From ANME-2 cluster archaeon (lineage in GTDB: Archaea; Halobacteriota; Methanosarcinia; Methanosarcinales; Methanocomedenaceae): a stretch of DNA of 64,000 bases. The stretch is taken from NCBI GenBank assembly GCA_014237145.1, contig JAAXOC010000096.1, forward strand, positions 60,138-124,137, read 5' to 3'. Of the stretch, positions 9,952 through 21,225 are shown piece after piece. The notes under the pieces were generated by a model that worked only from the letters and a program-made list of their open reading frames with translations, was not told the DNA's origin and made no database searches. The first letter of the stretch is position 1. The number at the start of each line of letters is the position of its first letter. A program made the position numbers and the translations under genes.

Positions 9952-10890
9952 ATGGCTAATAAGAAACTACGTATAGGTCACCTCTCCACATTCTACCATA
10001 CTTCGTTCATACTTATGGGTACACAATGGCTTGAGGATAAACTGGGCCTTACAGTCAAATGGAGCATGTTCGGCGGAGGCCCGGCTATCGTGGATGCTTT
10101 TTCCAGGGGCGAGGTGGATATTGGATATATCGGGCTGCCCCCTGTGATGATAGGTATTGACAGGGGCGTGCCCATCATATGCGTGGGCGGCGGCCATATG
10201 GAGGGGACTGTGATGATCGGGCCGCCCGGGTGCAGTACGCTTAAGGATAAGGGCGGGGATATGGCATCGGTCCTGGAGCAGTTCAGGGGCGGTGTAATCG
10301 GGTGTCCGCCGTCAGGTTCTATCCATGATGTAATTATCCGCAACCTGCTGGAGGAGCATGACCTTGGCGGGTCTATTGAGGTAAGGAATTTTCAGTGGGC
10401 AGATTTTATTCCCGATGCACTGGATGACGGCCAGGTGGATGCGGCTATTGGGACGCCGCCTTTGTCGGTTGCGGCTGCCAGGGTATGCGGTACAAAGGTT
10501 GTGATCCCGCCTTCAAAGCTCTGGCCCTTTAATCCAAGTTATGGTATTATTGTAAGCCGTGAACTGCTGCGGGACAGACGTGGACTGGTAGAGGATTTCC
10601 TGCAGCTCCACGAGGATGCTTCCAATCTAATACGGAATGAGCCAGGGCGTGCCGCCCAGGTAGTATCCGATCTGGTTGAAGTGGTTGACAGTGATTTTAT
10701 CATGCAGACTTACCGGGTATCTCCCAGATATTGTGCAGGTCTTCCCAGGGAGTATATTGATTCAACGATGGCTTTTGTACCAGTGCTTCGTAATCTTGGT
10801 TATGTTGAGAATGAACTGGATGAGAGTGATGTTTTTGATAGGACAGTGATTGAAAAGGTACATCCGGGGGAGTACCATTATTTTTTATAG
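9952..10890 (+). CDS. ABC transporter substrate-binding protein (NitT/TauT/SsuA-like), no partner permease adjacent
   Basis: LRIGHLST, FGGGPAIVDAF and DIGYIGLPP; periplasmic-binding-protein type 2 pattern. Confidence 0.8.
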   Translation: MANKKLRIGHLSTFYHTSFILMGTQWLEDKLGLTVKWSMFGGGPAIVDAFSRGEVDIGYIGLPPVMIGIDRGVPIICVGGGHMEGTVMIGPPGCSTLKDKGGDMASVLEQFRGGVIGCPPSGSIHDVIIRNLLEEHDLGGSIEVRNFQWADFIPDALDDGQVDAAIGTPPLSVAAARVCGTKVVIPPSKLWPFNPSYGIIVSRELLRDRRGLVEDFLQLHEDASNLIRNEPGRAAQVVSDLVEVVDSDFIMQTYRVSPRYCAGLPREYIDSTMAFVPVLRNLGYVENELDESDVFDRTVIEKVHPGEYHYFL

Positions 10891-10965
10891 CTTCAACTCT
10901 GCCACATATGGAAAATAACGTATTCAATAACCTCAACTCTGCCACTTATATAGAATTATTTATTC
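10891..10965. repeat. Intergenic 40-bp tandem duplication (diverged)
   Basis: TCAACTCTGCCAC...TATTC in units starting at 10891 and 10931. Confidence 0.75.
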
Positions 10966-10989
10966 TCCCGATAAGCAAGGTAGAGGTTT

Positions 10990-11277
10990 CTAAAACATAC
11001 GCTCAAGGGCCTGCTTGGCTGGCATTCCCACTTCAATTCCCAGATCGATTGCTGCCGGGGTGGCCTCCACCACACTGGCTGCCAGAACGTCCTCGAAATT
11101 GCTTACACCGGTCACCTTTACGGCGACGTCATCCAGGCGTTCTGCCATGGAAATATCCAGGTATCCGCACATTACAAAACCCCTGGGTGCTTTTATGACC
11201 AGTAGCGGCGCATGCTCCATATCCATTTTCAGACCCAGTGCCGTGCCGTTTACCATTTCTATGGATTCGATCAGCAT
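10990..11277 (-). CDS. DUF1805 / YunC family protein
   Basis: GFVMCGYLD...VTGV...A...LGIEVGM...AL pattern. Confidence 0.85.
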   Translation of the reverse strand: MLIESIEMVNGTALGLKMDMEHAPLLVIKAPRGFVMCGYLDISMAERLDDVAVKVTGVSNFEDVLAASVVEATPAAIDLGIEVGMPAKQALERMF

Positions 11278-11280
11278 ATC

Positions 11281-11439
11281 TTAATCCAGTTTTTTCAGGT
11301 CAGTGGATTGGCAGGTGGGGCAGGACAGCTTATTTCCCATACCTTTGAATCTGTTTCCACATGCACTGCATTCATATCTTGTCATTGCAGCAGCGCTCAG
11401 GTCCACGCTATCTGCAGTGCTTGAATCAACAAAACACAT
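11281..11439 (-). CDS. Small zinc-ribbon protein (52 aa)
   Basis: MCFVD...YECSACGNRF...CPTCQS; GAGGTG SD upstream of ATG at 11439. Confidence 0.75.
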   Translation of the reverse strand: MCFVDSSTADSVDLSAAAMTRYECSACGNRFKGMGNKLSCPTCQSTDLKKLD

Positions 11440-11511
11440 ATTATACTGCACCTCATAATATAGAAATCCATTATAGGTAATAAGATTTCTGCCGAAACGA
11501 AAAACACTGGC

Positions 11512-11525
11512 AAACACTTATATAT
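11512..11525 (+). promoter_or_regulatory. Putative BRE/TATA promoter for the SPOUT-rpl3 operon
   Basis: AAACACTTATATAT about 30 nt before ATG at 11556. Confidence 0.45.
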
Positions 11526-11555
11526 CTCTTACAATATCATATGCGGAAAGTACTT

Positions 11556-12455
11556 ATGCCATATTTAGCCCAGGACAATAGAAGTCCAGACCTGACAATA
11601 TTCATCCCCTCATCCCTGACAGCAGAAACAAGGGACAGGAGAATAAAGACATATAAGGTCGGACAGATTGCAAGAGCGGCATCAGTGTTCAGGGTCGGGA
11701 AGATAATCATCTACCGCGACCCGCAATTCGATGACAGTAGGTTTATAGACCTGCTGCTGAGATATGCAGAAACACCACAGTACCTGCGAAAACACCTGTT
11801 TCCCATTAGGGAGGAGCTAAAGCATGCAGGGGTGTTACCACCGCTAAGGACACTGCATCATCCCATCGAATCAAGATCATCGAACCTCAACGAAGGAGAA
11901 TTCCGGGTTGGGGTAGTGGTCCCCGGACCACAAAAAAAGAAAAGCGAGAAAAAAGTCGGATCTGACAAAAGTGCATGGGTCGATATCGGAATCGATAGCC
12001 CGATCCGCCTCGAAGCACCTTCAAGGAAAGTGCGAACTGGCGAGCGCGTTAATGTCAGAATCTTTTCGCGAAGACCAATACAAGCAAAGCTGGTAACAAA
12101 GGACGAGATTCCCATATACTGGGGATACCGTACAGCAGTAGAAGACAGCCTGTCAGGGGCGCTGGAAAAAAATTCAGAAGAAGGTGCCCTGATAATCGCC
12201 ACATCCCGCCAGGGTAAGTTGCTCGACAACACACTCCTGGCACAGATCGGTGAACAGACAAACCAGTCTATTAATACTGCTGTGGTATTTGGCTCACCCA
12301 GGCAAGGTATAGAGACCATACTGGCCGATGAGGGCTTCAAGCTCTCTGACTTCCATTGTGAAGTGCTCAATACCATACCCGGACAGGGAACAGCCACAGT
12401 AAGGACAGAAGAGGCCGTATGGGCTACACTGTCTGCGCTGAACCTGGTCAGGTAA
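11556..12455 (+). CDS. SPOUT RNA methyltransferase (DUF171 / C9orf114-like)
   Basis: GQIARAASVFRV, ETPQYLRK and NTIPGQGTATVRTEEA; canonical position upstream of rpl3 (start may be 11541). Confidence 0.92.
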   Translation: MPYLAQDNRSPDLTIFIPSSLTAETRDRRIKTYKVGQIARAASVFRVGKIIIYRDPQFDDSRFIDLLLRYAETPQYLRKHLFPIREELKHAGVLPPLRTLHHPIESRSSNLNEGEFRVGVVVPGPQKKKSEKKVGSDKSAWVDIGIDSPIRLEAPSRKVRTGERVNVRIFSRRPIQAKLVTKDEIPIYWGYRTAVEDSLSGALEKNSEEGALIIATSRQGKLLDNTLLAQIGEQTNQSINTAVVFGSPRQGIETILADEGFKLSDFHCEVLNTIPGQGTATVRTEEAVWATLSALNLVR

Positions 12456-12511
12456 GCTGACGACCGTCCCACCACAGCGAATAGGATAATCCTATAACCA
12501 GGAGGAAGAGA

Positions 12512-13528
12512 ATGGCAAATTTACACAGACCAAGACGAGGATCACTGGCCTTCAGCCCAAGGAAAAGGGCAAAGAGCCAGGTACCTACTATGAGATCATG
12601 GTCCAAAGGAAATAATGAGCCCAAGCTGGGCGGTTTTGCCGGATATAAAGTCGGCATGACCCATGTGATCATGATGGACGATAAGCCCAAAAGTCTCACC
12701 GAAGGTACGGAAATTTCCGTTCCGGTGACAGTGCTTGAAGTACCTGCAATGAAAATTGCAGCTATCAGGGTATATGGAGAAACAGGACCTTACGGCACAA
12801 AAATACTGGGCGAAGCATGGTCCACTGACCTTGATCCCACGTTGAACAAGAAACTGTTCACACCAAAGAAAACCAATACGAAAAATGCACTTGAAAAGAT
12901 AGGGAAACTGGTTGAAGAAGGAAAGGTAGCAAACATCCATTTAATCTCTTATACGCTCCCGTCCCTGATAGCAGGAATCCCAAAAAAGACGCCTGATGTG
13001 ATGGAGAACAGGATAGTTGGCGGGGATATAGCCACAAGACTTGAATATGCAACATCCATGATCGGAAAATCAGTCGAAGTTTCTGAAATTTTCAATACCG
13101 GTGATATGATCGACGTATTAGCCATCACCATAGGTAAAGGTACACAGGGACCTGTTAAACGGTGGGGTATCAACCTGATGAAACACAAACACAGCAGACA
13201 GGGCAGTCTCAGGCAGATAGGCACCCTGGGGCCATGGAACCCCTCAAGAGTAAGCTGGCGGGTACCACAACTGGGCCAGACCGGTTATCACCAGAGAACA
13301 GAGTACAATAAACGTATCATCAAGATTGGGGAGAACGGCGTAGAAGTGACCCCTAAAGGTGGATTCCTGAACTATGGAGAAGTAAGCGGGAATTATTTGC
13401 TGTTAAAGGGCAGTGTTCCTGGTCCGAAGAGGCGGCTTATAAGGCTAAGACCGGCCATAAGGGGCGATAAACAGCAGATCGGTGCACCCCAGGTATCATA
13501 TATCAGTGTAGAGTCAAAGCAGGGGTGA
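12512..13528 (+). CDS. rpl3: 50S ribosomal protein L3
   Basis: [16 protein letters not shown] and GYKVGMTH. Confidence 0.98.
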   Translation: MANLHRPRRGSLAFSPRKRAKSQVPTMRSWSKGNNEPKLGGFAGYKVGMTHVIMMDDKPKSLTEGTEISVPVTVLEVPAMKIAAIRVYGETGPYGTKILGEAWSTDLDPTLNKKLFTPKKTNTKNALEKIGKLVEEGKVANIHLISYTLPSLIAGIPKKTPDVMENRIVGGDIATRLEYATSMIGKSVEVSEIFNTGDMIDVLAITIGKGTQGPVKRWGINLMKHKHSRQGSLRQIGTLGPWNPSRVSWRVPQLGQTGYHQRTEYNKRIIKIGENGVEVTPKGGFLNYGEVSGNYLLLKGSVPGPKRRLIRLRPAIRGDKQQIGAPQVSYISVESKQG

Positions 13529-13536
13529 ATTAAGAT

Positions 13537-14292
13537 ATGAGTAAAGCAAAAATCATGGATATTACAGGAGCCTCTAAAGGCGATATCGAGCTCCCCGCTG
13601 TATTTGATGAGATGTACAGGCCCGACCTGATCAAGAAAGCTGTACTTGCAGCCCAGGCAAACAGGCTGCAGGTCTACGGCCCCACACCCTATGCCGGTAT
13701 GCAGACTTCGGCAGCTAACTGGGGTCCCGGCCGCGGTGTAGCCCGTGTACCCAGGATCAAGACAGGCAACCGTGTGGCCCGTATCTCGCAGGCAAGGGGC
13801 GGCAGGAAAGCCCACCCTCCAAAGGTTGAGAAGGATTATTCTGAGAAGATCAATAAGAAGGAACGTTACAAGGCCATCAATTCTGCAATTGCAGCCACTG
13901 CAAATCCCGAATTGGTCCGGAACAGGGGACACAGGTTCGATGCTGAGTTGCCAATTGTAGCTGATGATGAATTCCAAGATATCAAGACAATTAAAGGGGT
14001 TATCGGCTTCATGGAGGCCATTAATGTGTACGATGATGTGATAAGGGCAAAGAACGGTAAGCATATCAGGGCAGGCGGAGGCAAGAGACGCGGACGCAAG
14101 TACAAGAAGCCCAAGAGCCTGCTTATTGTAATTGGCGAGGATAACGGCATCGTACGTGCGGCAAGGAACCTATCAGGTGTGGACGTGATCAATGTGAACA
14201 GGTTGAATGCTGAACTGTTAGCACCAGGTACCCATGCAGGCAGGCTTGCCATCTGGACAGAATCTGCTATCAAGGTATTAGGGGAGGAGTGA
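13537..14292 (+). CDS. rpl4: 50S ribosomal protein L4
   Basis: [12 protein letters not shown] and [10 protein letters not shown]. Confidence 0.98.
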   Translation: MSKAKIMDITGASKGDIELPAVFDEMYRPDLIKKAVLAAQANRLQVYGPTPYAGMQTSAANWGPGRGVARVPRIKTGNRVARISQARGGRKAHPPKVEKDYSEKINKKERYKAINSAIAATANPELVRNRGHRFDAELPIVADDEFQDIKTIKGVIGFMEAINVYDDVIRAKNGKHIRAGGGKRRGRKYKKPKSLLIVIGEDNGIVRAARNLSGVDVINVNRLNAELLAPGTHAGRLAIWTESAIKVLGEE

Positions 14293-14295
14293 TCA

Positions 14296-14547
14296 ATGTC
14301 AATAATATTACATCCTTTTGTTACAGAGAAAGCTACATTCCATATCGAGGACGAGAACAAATTGCAGTTTGTGGTTGATATCAATGCCACCAAGGGCCAG
14401 ATCAAAAGAGAGATCGAGGAACTGTACGATATTCCTGTGCTTTCAGTGAGAACAATGATTACTATGAAAGGGAAGAAAAAGGCTATCGTGGCCTTCGAAG
14501 GCGATAACACAGCCGGCGAACTTGCATCCAAACTTGGAATATTCTAG
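14296..14547 (+). CDS. rpl23: 50S ribosomal protein L23
   Basis: PFVTEKA and KKAIV; operon order. Confidence 0.97.
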   Translation: MSIILHPFVTEKATFHIEDENKLQFVVDINATKGQIKREIEELYDIPVLSVRTMITMKGKKKAIVAFEGDNTAGELASKLGIF

Positions 14548-14562
14548 GGAAGGTGAAAAGAT

Positions 14563-15276
14563 ATGGGAAAAAGAATTATTTCACAGAACCGGGGTAAAGG
14601 AACACCCACCTATCGGGCACCCTCCCACAAGTTCAAGGCCCAGCTTAAACACATCAAAGTGGACCAGAATGAAACAGTTAAAGGCGAGGTCATTGAGATA
14701 CTTCACGATACTGCCAGGTCTGCACCTATTGCAAGGATCAGCCTGGAGAACGGAGAAGAACGCCTGATACTGATTCCGGAAGGTATTGCAGTAGGGCAGG
14801 AGATCGCCTGCGGTATTTCTGCAGAGATACTGCAAGGTAATACGTTGCCCCTGCGTGAGATCCCTGAAGGTGTACTGTTGTGTAACATTGAGAACAAGCC
14901 CGGTGACGGCGGGCAATTTGCCAGGTCAAGCGGTGTATATGCCGTGCTGATTGCCCATGATGTGGGTAAGACCGTTGTGCAGATGCCCAGTGGAGCCACA
15001 AAATGGTTGAACCCGAAGTGCAAAGCTACCATAGGAGTAGTGGCGGGCGGAGGCAGGGTCGATAAGCCCTTTGTAAAGGCCGGGAAGAAATATCATAAAT
15101 TAAAGACAAGAGCAGCAAAGTATCCCAGGGTATCCGGTGTGGCAATGAACGCCATAGACCACCCATTCGGAGGCGGTGGATGGCAGCATCCGGGAAGACC
15201 CAAGACTGTTAGCCGAAGAGCACCGCCAGGCAGGAAGGTCGGGTCCATTGCGGCAAGAAGAACAGGAAAGAGGTGA
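14563..15276 (+). CDS. rpl2: 50S ribosomal protein L2
   Basis: [14 protein letters not shown] and AARRTG. Confidence 0.98.
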   Translation: MGKRIISQNRGKGTPTYRAPSHKFKAQLKHIKVDQNETVKGEVIEILHDTARSAPIARISLENGEERLILIPEGIAVGQEIACGISAEILQGNTLPLREIPEGVLLCNIENKPGDGGQFARSSGVYAVLIAHDVGKTVVQMPSGATKWLNPKCKATIGVVAGGGRVDKPFVKAGKKYHKLKTRAAKYPRVSGVAMNAIDHPFGGGGWQHPGRPKTVSRRAPPGRKVGSIAARRTGKR

Positions 15277-15282
15277 TAAGGC

Positions 15283-15696
15283 ATGGCAAAGAAATCATCC
15301 ACCAAACTGCCCAAGAGAAAGGGTGAGTTTACCTACAGGGGAAAGACTATCCAGGACCTGAAAAGTTTGAGCCTGGAAGAGTTCGCTGAACTCCTGCCTG
15401 CAAGACAGCGCAGGACCATCAACCGCGGGCTTGGCGATGAACATAAGAAAATATTGAACAAGATCAATGACGGAGATACAACCATCAAGACACACCTGAG
15501 GGATATGATCATCCTTCCTGGGATGGTTGGCCTCAATCTGGAGATACACAACGGGAAGAGCTTCGAAAAGGTCGAGGTCATACCCGAGATGCTGGGACAC
15601 TATTTTGGTGAATATTCCTTTACCCGCAAGCGGGTTTCACACGGTTCGGCCGGTGTGGGAGCTACCAAGTCCAGCAAGTTCGTACCGCTGAAATAA
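15283..15696 (+). CDS. rps19: 30S ribosomal protein S19
   Basis: [10 protein letters not shown] and HNGK...MLGHYFGE. Confidence 0.98.
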   Translation: MAKKSSTKLPKRKGEFTYRGKTIQDLKSLSLEEFAELLPARQRRTINRGLGDEHKKILNKINDGDTTIKTHLRDMIILPGMVGLNLEIHNGKSFEKVEVIPEMLGHYFGEYSFTRKRVSHGSAGVGATKSSKFVPLK

Positions 15697-15710
15697 TGGA
15701 GGAAGACCAG

Positions 15711-16166
15711 ATGGCAAGAATTGCTTATTCATTACAAGCAGACCCTGATACTACATCAAGGGCCATGGCTCATGAACTCCATATTTCACCCAAGCATTCA
15801 AGGGAGATATGCAGGGCTATCAAAGGTATGAAGACAGGCCAGGCAAAAAAGTACCTTGAGGATGTAACCGTCCTTAAACAGGCAGTCCCGTTCAAGCGTT
15901 ATAACGACAGTATGGGACACCGCAGAGGCCCCATGGCTGCAGGCAGGTATCCACAGAAGGCTGCAAAGGAGTTTATTAAGTTACTGGTGAATGCCGAAGC
16001 CAATGCCGAATATAAGGGCCTGGATTCAAATAATATGAAGATAGCCCACATCGCTACCAAACAGGGCCGGGTCATCAGGGGCTACAGGCCGCGGGCAAGG
16101 GGCAGGTCATCTCCAAAGAATACAGAGACAGTGAATATAGAAATGATAATCCAGGAGGTGCAATGA
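15711..16166 (+). CDS. rpl22: 50S ribosomal protein L22
   Basis: GRYPQKAA and PRARGR; GGAGG SD before 15711. Confidence 0.97.
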   Translation: MARIAYSLQADPDTTSRAMAHELHISPKHSREICRAIKGMKTGQAKKYLEDVTVLKQAVPFKRYNDSMGHRRGPMAAGRYPQKAAKEFIKLLVNAEANAEYKGLDSNNMKIAHIATKQGRVIRGYRPRARGRSSPKNTETVNIEMIIQEVQ

Positions 16167-16168
16167 AC

Positions 16169-17200
16169 ATGGGAATAGAAAGAAAGTTCGTGCAGGACGG
16201 GCTGACCAAGGCAAGGATCAATGAATATTTTACTAAGCAGCTTGAACGTGCCGGATACGGTGGAATGGTCATTAACCGTACGCCTATGGGCACCCAGATT
16301 ACATTATTTGCAGAGAAACCTGGAATGGTCATCGGTAAAGGCGGCAAGACCATACACCGTCTTACCAATGATATGTCCTATGTCTATAATATAGATAATC
16401 CCCAGATCGACGTACAGGAGATCAAGGTACCTGAACTCAATGCCCAGATGATGGCAAATCGTCTGGCCAATGCACTTGAAAGGGGATGGTACTTCAGGAA
16501 AGCGGGTTATAATATGCTTCGCAGAATTATGGATTCTGGAGCATTGGGCTGTGAGATAGTCCTATCAGGAAAGTTCACTGGACCCAGGTCCAAGGTATCC
16601 AAGATGGTAGAAGGATACATCAAGCATGCAGGTAAACCGGCTGAAGAACTTGTAGATACGGGTTTTGCCACTGCCGTGAAAAAGCTGGGTACTATAGGAT
16701 GCCGTGTACGTATTGTACAACCCGGCACTGAACTGCCAGGTAAGTTCTACATGCTAAAAGACGAAAAACCGGCTGCACCTGAGACCCCTGAGGCAAAGGC
16801 AAAGGAAGGTATCAAAGAGGTACTGGAAAAAACTCCGGAGAAGCCAGGGATGAAGAATATCAGGCAGGTAGGCAGTGTGTGGGAACACACACACGATGAC
16901 CTGGACTGGCATCCCATGTCTGTACCCCATCCAGCTGTTACAGCGGTCCCTGTGACCGAGGTCACTGAAGAAGAACCGGCAGCAGCCGTTGAAGCGGAAT
17001 CAACTGTTGAAGCAAAAACCGCTGTTGAAGCAGAACCCAGCATGGAAACAGTTGATAAGCCAGTTCAATCGCCTGATATTGAATTGCCGGAAGGTGAACA
17101 GACACGTATCAACGATGGTTTGGAAGAACACAAACACGAAGGTTATGATTACTGGCACCCCAGTTCCAGGACACATAAAACCAAAGGAGATGAAAATTAA
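16169..17200 (+). CDS. rps3: 30S ribosomal protein S3 with long acidic, His-motif C-terminal tail
   Basis: KH domain ([11 protein letters not shown]) and GCEIVLSGK; tail of roughly 140 aa. Confidence 0.97.
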   Translation: MGIERKFVQDGLTKARINEYFTKQLERAGYGGMVINRTPMGTQITLFAEKPGMVIGKGGKTIHRLTNDMSYVYNIDNPQIDVQEIKVPELNAQMMANRLANALERGWYFRKAGYNMLRRIMDSGALGCEIVLSGKFTGPRSKVSKMVEGYIKHAGKPAEELVDTGFATAVKKLGTIGCRVRIVQPGTELPGKFYMLKDEKPAAPETPEAKAKEGIKEVLEKTPEKPGMKNIRQVGSVWEHTHDDLDWHPMSVPHPAVTAVPVTEVTEEEPAAAVEAESTVEAKTAVEAEPSMETVDKPVQSPDIELPEGEQTRINDGLEEHKHEGYDYWHPSSRTHKTKGDEN

Positions 17201-17400
17201 TGGCGATCCTGCGAGTGGACGAGATCCGTAACCTGAGCCGGGAAGAGAAACTGGACGAGCTGGAGAAACTTAATGCCGAACTCATCAGGGAACGTGCCAT
17301 TGCATCATCAGGTGGTGCCCCAGAGAACCCGGGCCGCATCGGTGAGTTGCGAAGGACCATTGCAAGGATCAAGACCATCCAGAAGGAGACCGGAGAATAA
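17200..17400 (+). CDS. rpl29: 50S ribosomal protein L29
   Basis: [18 protein letters not shown]. Confidence 0.97.
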   Translation: MAILRVDEIRNLSREEKLDELEKLNAELIRERAIASSGGAPENPGRIGELRRTIARIKTIQKETGE

Positions 17401-17410
17401 GAGGTAATAT

Positions 17411-17746
17411 ATGCAGATATCACCCCGCAACCTCATCCATCACGAATTGATAGGGCTTGAGGTAGAGGTGGTGGACAGCACTAATCCATATCAAATAGGA
17501 ATAAAAGGAAAGGTGATCGACGAAACCAGGAATATATTGAAGATCGATGTGGACGGCGGGCATGTTAGAATGGTGCCCAAATCCCATACTGATTTCATAT
17601 TTACAATACCCTGGGGCAATGGTAGACGTTACCTGCCAGATGCCCGAACGCGGGTCAAGGTAAAAGGAACTTTACTACTCTCACAACCTGAAAACCGCAT
17701 TCAGACAAAGTTCAAAAAAAGCTTCAGACGAAGAAAGAATAAATAA
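17411..17746 (+). CDS. rnp1: Ribonuclease P protein component 1 (Rpp29/Pop4)
   Basis: HELIGL...GKVIDETRN...PENR. Confidence 0.95.
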   Translation: MQISPRNLIHHELIGLEVEVVDSTNPYQIGIKGKVIDETRNILKIDVDGGHVRMVPKSHTDFIFTIPWGNGRRYLPDARTRVKVKGTLLLSQPENRIQTKFKKSFRRRKNK

Positions 17747-17773
17747 ATATCATATAATAATGAGGAATATAAG

Positions 17774-18100
17774 ATGACACGAGACATAGGACTGGACATC
17801 AATGCTTCTCCTGATGAGGAGTGTAATGATATCAACTGTCCATTCCATGGGACACTGCCAGTAAGAGGTCAGGTTTTTACCGGGTCAGTGGTCAGCAGTA
17901 AGATGGATAAAACAGTTGTTGTGAAGAGGACCTTTGAGAAACTGGTCACTAAGTATGAGCGATATGAGAAAAGGCAGTCAAAGATGCATGCCCATAATCC
18001 CCCCTGTATCAATGCAAAGGAGGGGGACGTGGTAAAGATCGCAGAATGCAGGCCGCTTAGCAAAACTAAGAAATTCGTAGTGATCGAGGTGACCAAATGA
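17774..18100 (+). CDS. rps17: 30S ribosomal protein S17
   Basis: CPFHG and [11 protein letters not shown]. Confidence 0.97.
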   Translation: MTRDIGLDINASPDEECNDINCPFHGTLPVRGQVFTGSVVSSKMDKTVVVKRTFEKLVTKYERYEKRQSKMHAHNPPCINAKEGDVVKIAECRPLSKTKKFVVIEVTK

Positions 18101-18495
18101 TCGGGATGAAAGCCAAGATACCCCGTGCATTGAATGCCGGTGCCAGGCTGGACTGTGTGGATAATACAGGTGCCAGGCAGGTAGAGATCATTTCCGTGAA
18201 AAAGTACAGGGGTGTCAAGAACAGGCATCCAAAAGCCGGAATAGGAGATATGCTGGTGGTCAGTGTCAAGAAGGGCACACCTGAGATGCGTAAGCAGATA
18301 CTGAATGCAGTGGTGATAAGGCAAAAAAAAGAATACAGGCGTCCGGACGGACTTCGTGTTTCCTTTGAAGATAATGCCGCAGTGATCACTGATCTGGACG
18401 GTATTCCAAAAGGTACCGAGATCAAAGGGCCGGTTGCTAGGGAAGCGGCTGAAAGATTCAGCAAGATAGCCACGGCAGCTTCAATTATAGTATGA
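18097..18495 (+). CDS. rpl14: 50S ribosomal protein L14
   Basis: DNTGA and FEDNAAVI. Confidence 0.98.
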   Translation: MIGMKAKIPRALNAGARLDCVDNTGARQVEIISVKKYRGVKNRHPKAGIGDMLVVSVKKGTPEMRKQILNAVVIRQKKEYRRPDGLRVSFEDNAAVITDLDGIPKGTEIKGPVAREAAERFSKIATAASIIV

Positions 18496-18506
18496 GGTGC
18501 TTATCA

Positions 18507-18878
18507 ATGAAGATCGAATCCAAACAACCAAGAAAACAGCGCAAGGCACGCTATAATGCGTCGCTTCACCAGCGCCAGAAATTGATGAGTGTCCAGTTAA
18601 GTCATGAACTCAGGGCCAAGTACAATAAGCGCAACATTCCTGTAAATGTGAATGACACTGTAATGGTCATGCGAGGTGACCATACCGGTACTGAAGGTAA
18701 GGTGGAACTGGTGGACTTAAAGAGAGGTACCATCGTAGTGGAAGGCGTAAGCGTGGCTAAGGCTGATGGTACAGAGGTACCCAGACCAGTACAACCGTCC
18801 AATGTAATGATAACCAAACTTGAACTCAATGACGATATAAGAATACTTACCCTCACCAGAGGAGGCGAAGAAGAGTGA
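18507..18878 (+). CDS. rpl24: 50S ribosomal protein L24
   Basis: [12 protein letters not shown] motif, PSNVMI. Confidence 0.97.
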   Translation: MKIESKQPRKQRKARYNASLHQRQKLMSVQLSHELRAKYNKRNIPVNVNDTVMVMRGDHTGTEGKVELVDLKRGTIVVEGVSVAKADGTEVPRPVQPSNVMITKLELNDDIRILTLTRGGEEE

Positions 18879-19591
18879 GCAGACATCAGAAGAGAGTGTC
18901 AGCACCCAGAAGCTGGCCCATATCCAAGAAGACCAATATCTGGGTGACCAAACCAAAACCAGGCCCCCATTCCCTTAAACAGGCTATCTCGCTGGGTGTG
19001 CTTATCAGGGATATATTGAAATTAACAGATAATATGCGTGAGACAAAGCGTGTCTTAAACGAGGGTAACATACTGGTTGACGGTATTGTGAGAAGGGACC
19101 ATAAGTTCCCGGTTGGCATATTTGATGTGATCCAGGCCCCAAAGCTGGGAGCATCTTACAGGATGCTCCTGGACCCCAAGGGTCGATTAAGGCTCAACGA
19201 ACTGGATGTGGATAAACCAAGGAAACCATGCAAGATACTCAACAAGACCACAGTCAAGGACGGAAAGGTACAGTTGAACCTTCATGATGGGACTAATATC
19301 CTTGCCAGCAATGACTATAACACAAGGGATACGATCATTCTCGATATTCCCGAAAAAAGCGTACATAAACACATCAAGTACGAACCAGGGAACCTGGCTG
19401 TAGTCATAGGCGGTACCCATTCAGGACAGCTTGCTAAGATCAAGGAGATCAAGTCCGTACGCAGCAGCAGGCATAACATGGTAGTGCTGTTAAAAGACGA
19501 TGGTACAGAGTTCGAGACCATTGAGGATTACGTGTTCGTAGTTGGTACTGACAAACCGGAATTCAACCTGGGAGATGAGATCAATGAGTAA
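18875..19591 (+). CDS. rps4e: 30S ribosomal protein S4e
   Basis: [11 protein letters not shown] and LNLHDG. Confidence 0.97.
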   Translation: MSRHQKRVSAPRSWPISKKTNIWVTKPKPGPHSLKQAISLGVLIRDILKLTDNMRETKRVLNEGNILVDGIVRRDHKFPVGIFDVIQAPKLGASYRMLLDPKGRLRLNELDVDKPRKPCKILNKTTVKDGKVQLNLHDGTNILASNDYNTRDTIILDIPEKSVHKHIKYEPGNLAVVIGGTHSGQLAKIKEIKSVRSSRHNMVVLLKDDGTEFETIEDYVFVVGTDKPEFNLGDEINE

Positions 19592-20102
19592 GAATAATGT
19601 TATGACAATACCCAGGGTAGATAAGGTCACAGTCCACATAGGCGTAGGCGAGAGTGGTGAGAGGCTCAATAAGGCAGAAGACATTCTTAGTGAGATCACC
19701 GGGCAGGGAGTTGTAAGGACAAAAGCCAAGAGAACACTGCAAACCTTTGCCATTAAGAAGAACGAACCTATCGGGTGTAAAGTAACACTAAGAGGCAAAC
19801 TTGCAGAGAATTTCATGAAGACCAGTCTTGGCATTATCGAGAATTCACTCGGGGAATCCCAGTTCGATGATACAGGGAATTTCAGTTTTGGGATAGAGGA
19901 ACATACCGATTATGAAGGAATGAAGTATGACCCTAATATTGGTATTTATGGCATGGATGTGACTGTGTCACTAATCAGGCCGGGTTACAGGATAAACAGG
20001 CGCAAGATTGGAAAACGAAAGATACCAAACAGTCACAAGATGACAAAGCAGGGTGCTATGGCCTTTATGAATGAGTATCACGGTGTGGAGGTAGTGGCAT
20101 GA
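19584..20102 (+). CDS. rpl5: 50S ribosomal protein L5
   Basis: [15 protein letters not shown] and GNFSFGI. Confidence 0.97.
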   Translation: MSKNNVMTIPRVDKVTVHIGVGESGERLNKAEDILSEITGQGVVRTKAKRTLQTFAIKKNEPIGCKVTLRGKLAENFMKTSLGIIENSLGESQFDDTGNFSFGIEEHTDYEGMKYDPNIGIYGMDVTVSLIRPGYRINRRKIGKRKIPNSHKMTKQGAMAFMNEYHGVEVVA

Positions 20103-20266
20103 ACAAAAAAAAAGTCGCAGAGATAGAAAACAAGTTCGGCCGAGGTGCCAACGAGTGCCGCAGGTGCGGCCGGAAACAGGGTCTGGTAAGGAAATACGGA
20201 ATATACCTGTGCAGGCAGTGTTTCAGGGAAATTGCACCTGACATGGGATTTAACAAATATTCGTGA
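20099..20266 (+). CDS. rps14: 30S ribosomal protein S14 (Zn-binding; not in ORF track)
   Basis: Manual translation [55 protein letters not shown]. Confidence 0.96.
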   Translation: MNKKKVAEIENKFGRGANECRRCGRKQGLVRKYGIYLCRQCFREIAPDMGFNKYS

Positions 20267-20276
20267 GGTGAATGAA

Positions 20277-20669
20277 ATGGTATTATTAGACCCACTGGCA
20301 GATGCACTCTCAACCATAATCAATGCAGAGAGCACAGGAAAACCCGACTGCATCATACATCCTGCATCAAAAGTGATAAGCAATGTATTGAAAGTAATGC
20401 AGGATATAGGGTACATTGGCAATTACGAGTTCATAGACGACGGCAAGTCGGGTATGATCAAAGTGGAACTTATTGGAAAGATCAACAAATGCGGAGTCAT
20501 CAAACCCAGGTCATCTGTGGGGTACCATGACTTTGAAAAATGGGAGAAACGCTACCTTCCGGCCCGTAATTTTGGTACCTTGATACTGACCACGCCTGAT
20601 GGGGTGCTATCCCATAGTGAGGCCAGGTCCCGGGTAGTTGGCGGGCAACTGCTTGCATACGTGTACTGA
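20277..20669 (+). CDS. rps8: 30S ribosomal protein S8
   Basis: [18 protein letters not shown] and GGQLLAYVY. Confidence 0.98.
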   Translation: MVLLDPLADALSTIINAESTGKPDCIIHPASKVISNVLKVMQDIGYIGNYEFIDDGKSGMIKVELIGKINKCGVIKPRSSVGYHDFEKWEKRYLPARNFGTLILTTPDGVLSHSEARSRVVGGQLLAYVY

Positions 20670-20679
20670 GGTGTGGAAA

Positions 20680-21216
20680 ATGCCAAAAGATTTGAAAAAG
20701 ACCGTGAACATTCCCGACGAGGTCACTGTAGTACTGGAAGGTAACAACATTTCAGTCACTGGTCCCAGGGGTTCATCTGTCCGTGAATTATGGTATCCGG
20801 GAATTACCATCGTACTGGAGGAAAACCAGATTACGATGGACTCGTTCAACCAAAGGAAAAAACAGGTAGCTATGATGGGTACAATTGCATCCCATATCAG
20901 TAATATGATCAATGGTGTCACCAGTGGATATACATACAGGATGAAGGTTTTATATTCACACTTCCCAATCCAGTTAAAAGTAACAGGAGATTACCTAAGT
21001 ATCGGGAATTTCCTTGGCGAAAAGAAACCAAGGAAGGCAAAGATACGTGGTGAAACAAAGGTGGAGACTAAAGGTGACGAGGTAATTGTTTCAGGTATAG
21101 CTATTGAAGATGTAGGCCAGACTGCAGCTAATATCCAGCAGGCAACCAAGATAAAAAGGTTTGACCCAAGGGTATTCCAGGATGGCATATACGTGGTGGA
21201 GAAGACGACAGCGTAG
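20680..21216 (+). CDS. rpl6: 50S ribosomal protein L6
   Basis: YSHFPI and DPRVFQDGIY. Confidence 0.98.
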   Translation: MPKDLKKTVNIPDEVTVVLEGNNISVTGPRGSSVRELWYPGITIVLEENQITMDSFNQRKKQVAMMGTIASHISNMINGVTSGYTYRMKVLYSHFPIQLKVTGDYLSIGNFLGEKKPRKAKIRGETKVETKGDEVIVSGIAIEDVGQTAANIQQATKIKRFDPRVFQDGIYVVEKTTA

Positions 21217-21225
21217 GTGATAGTA

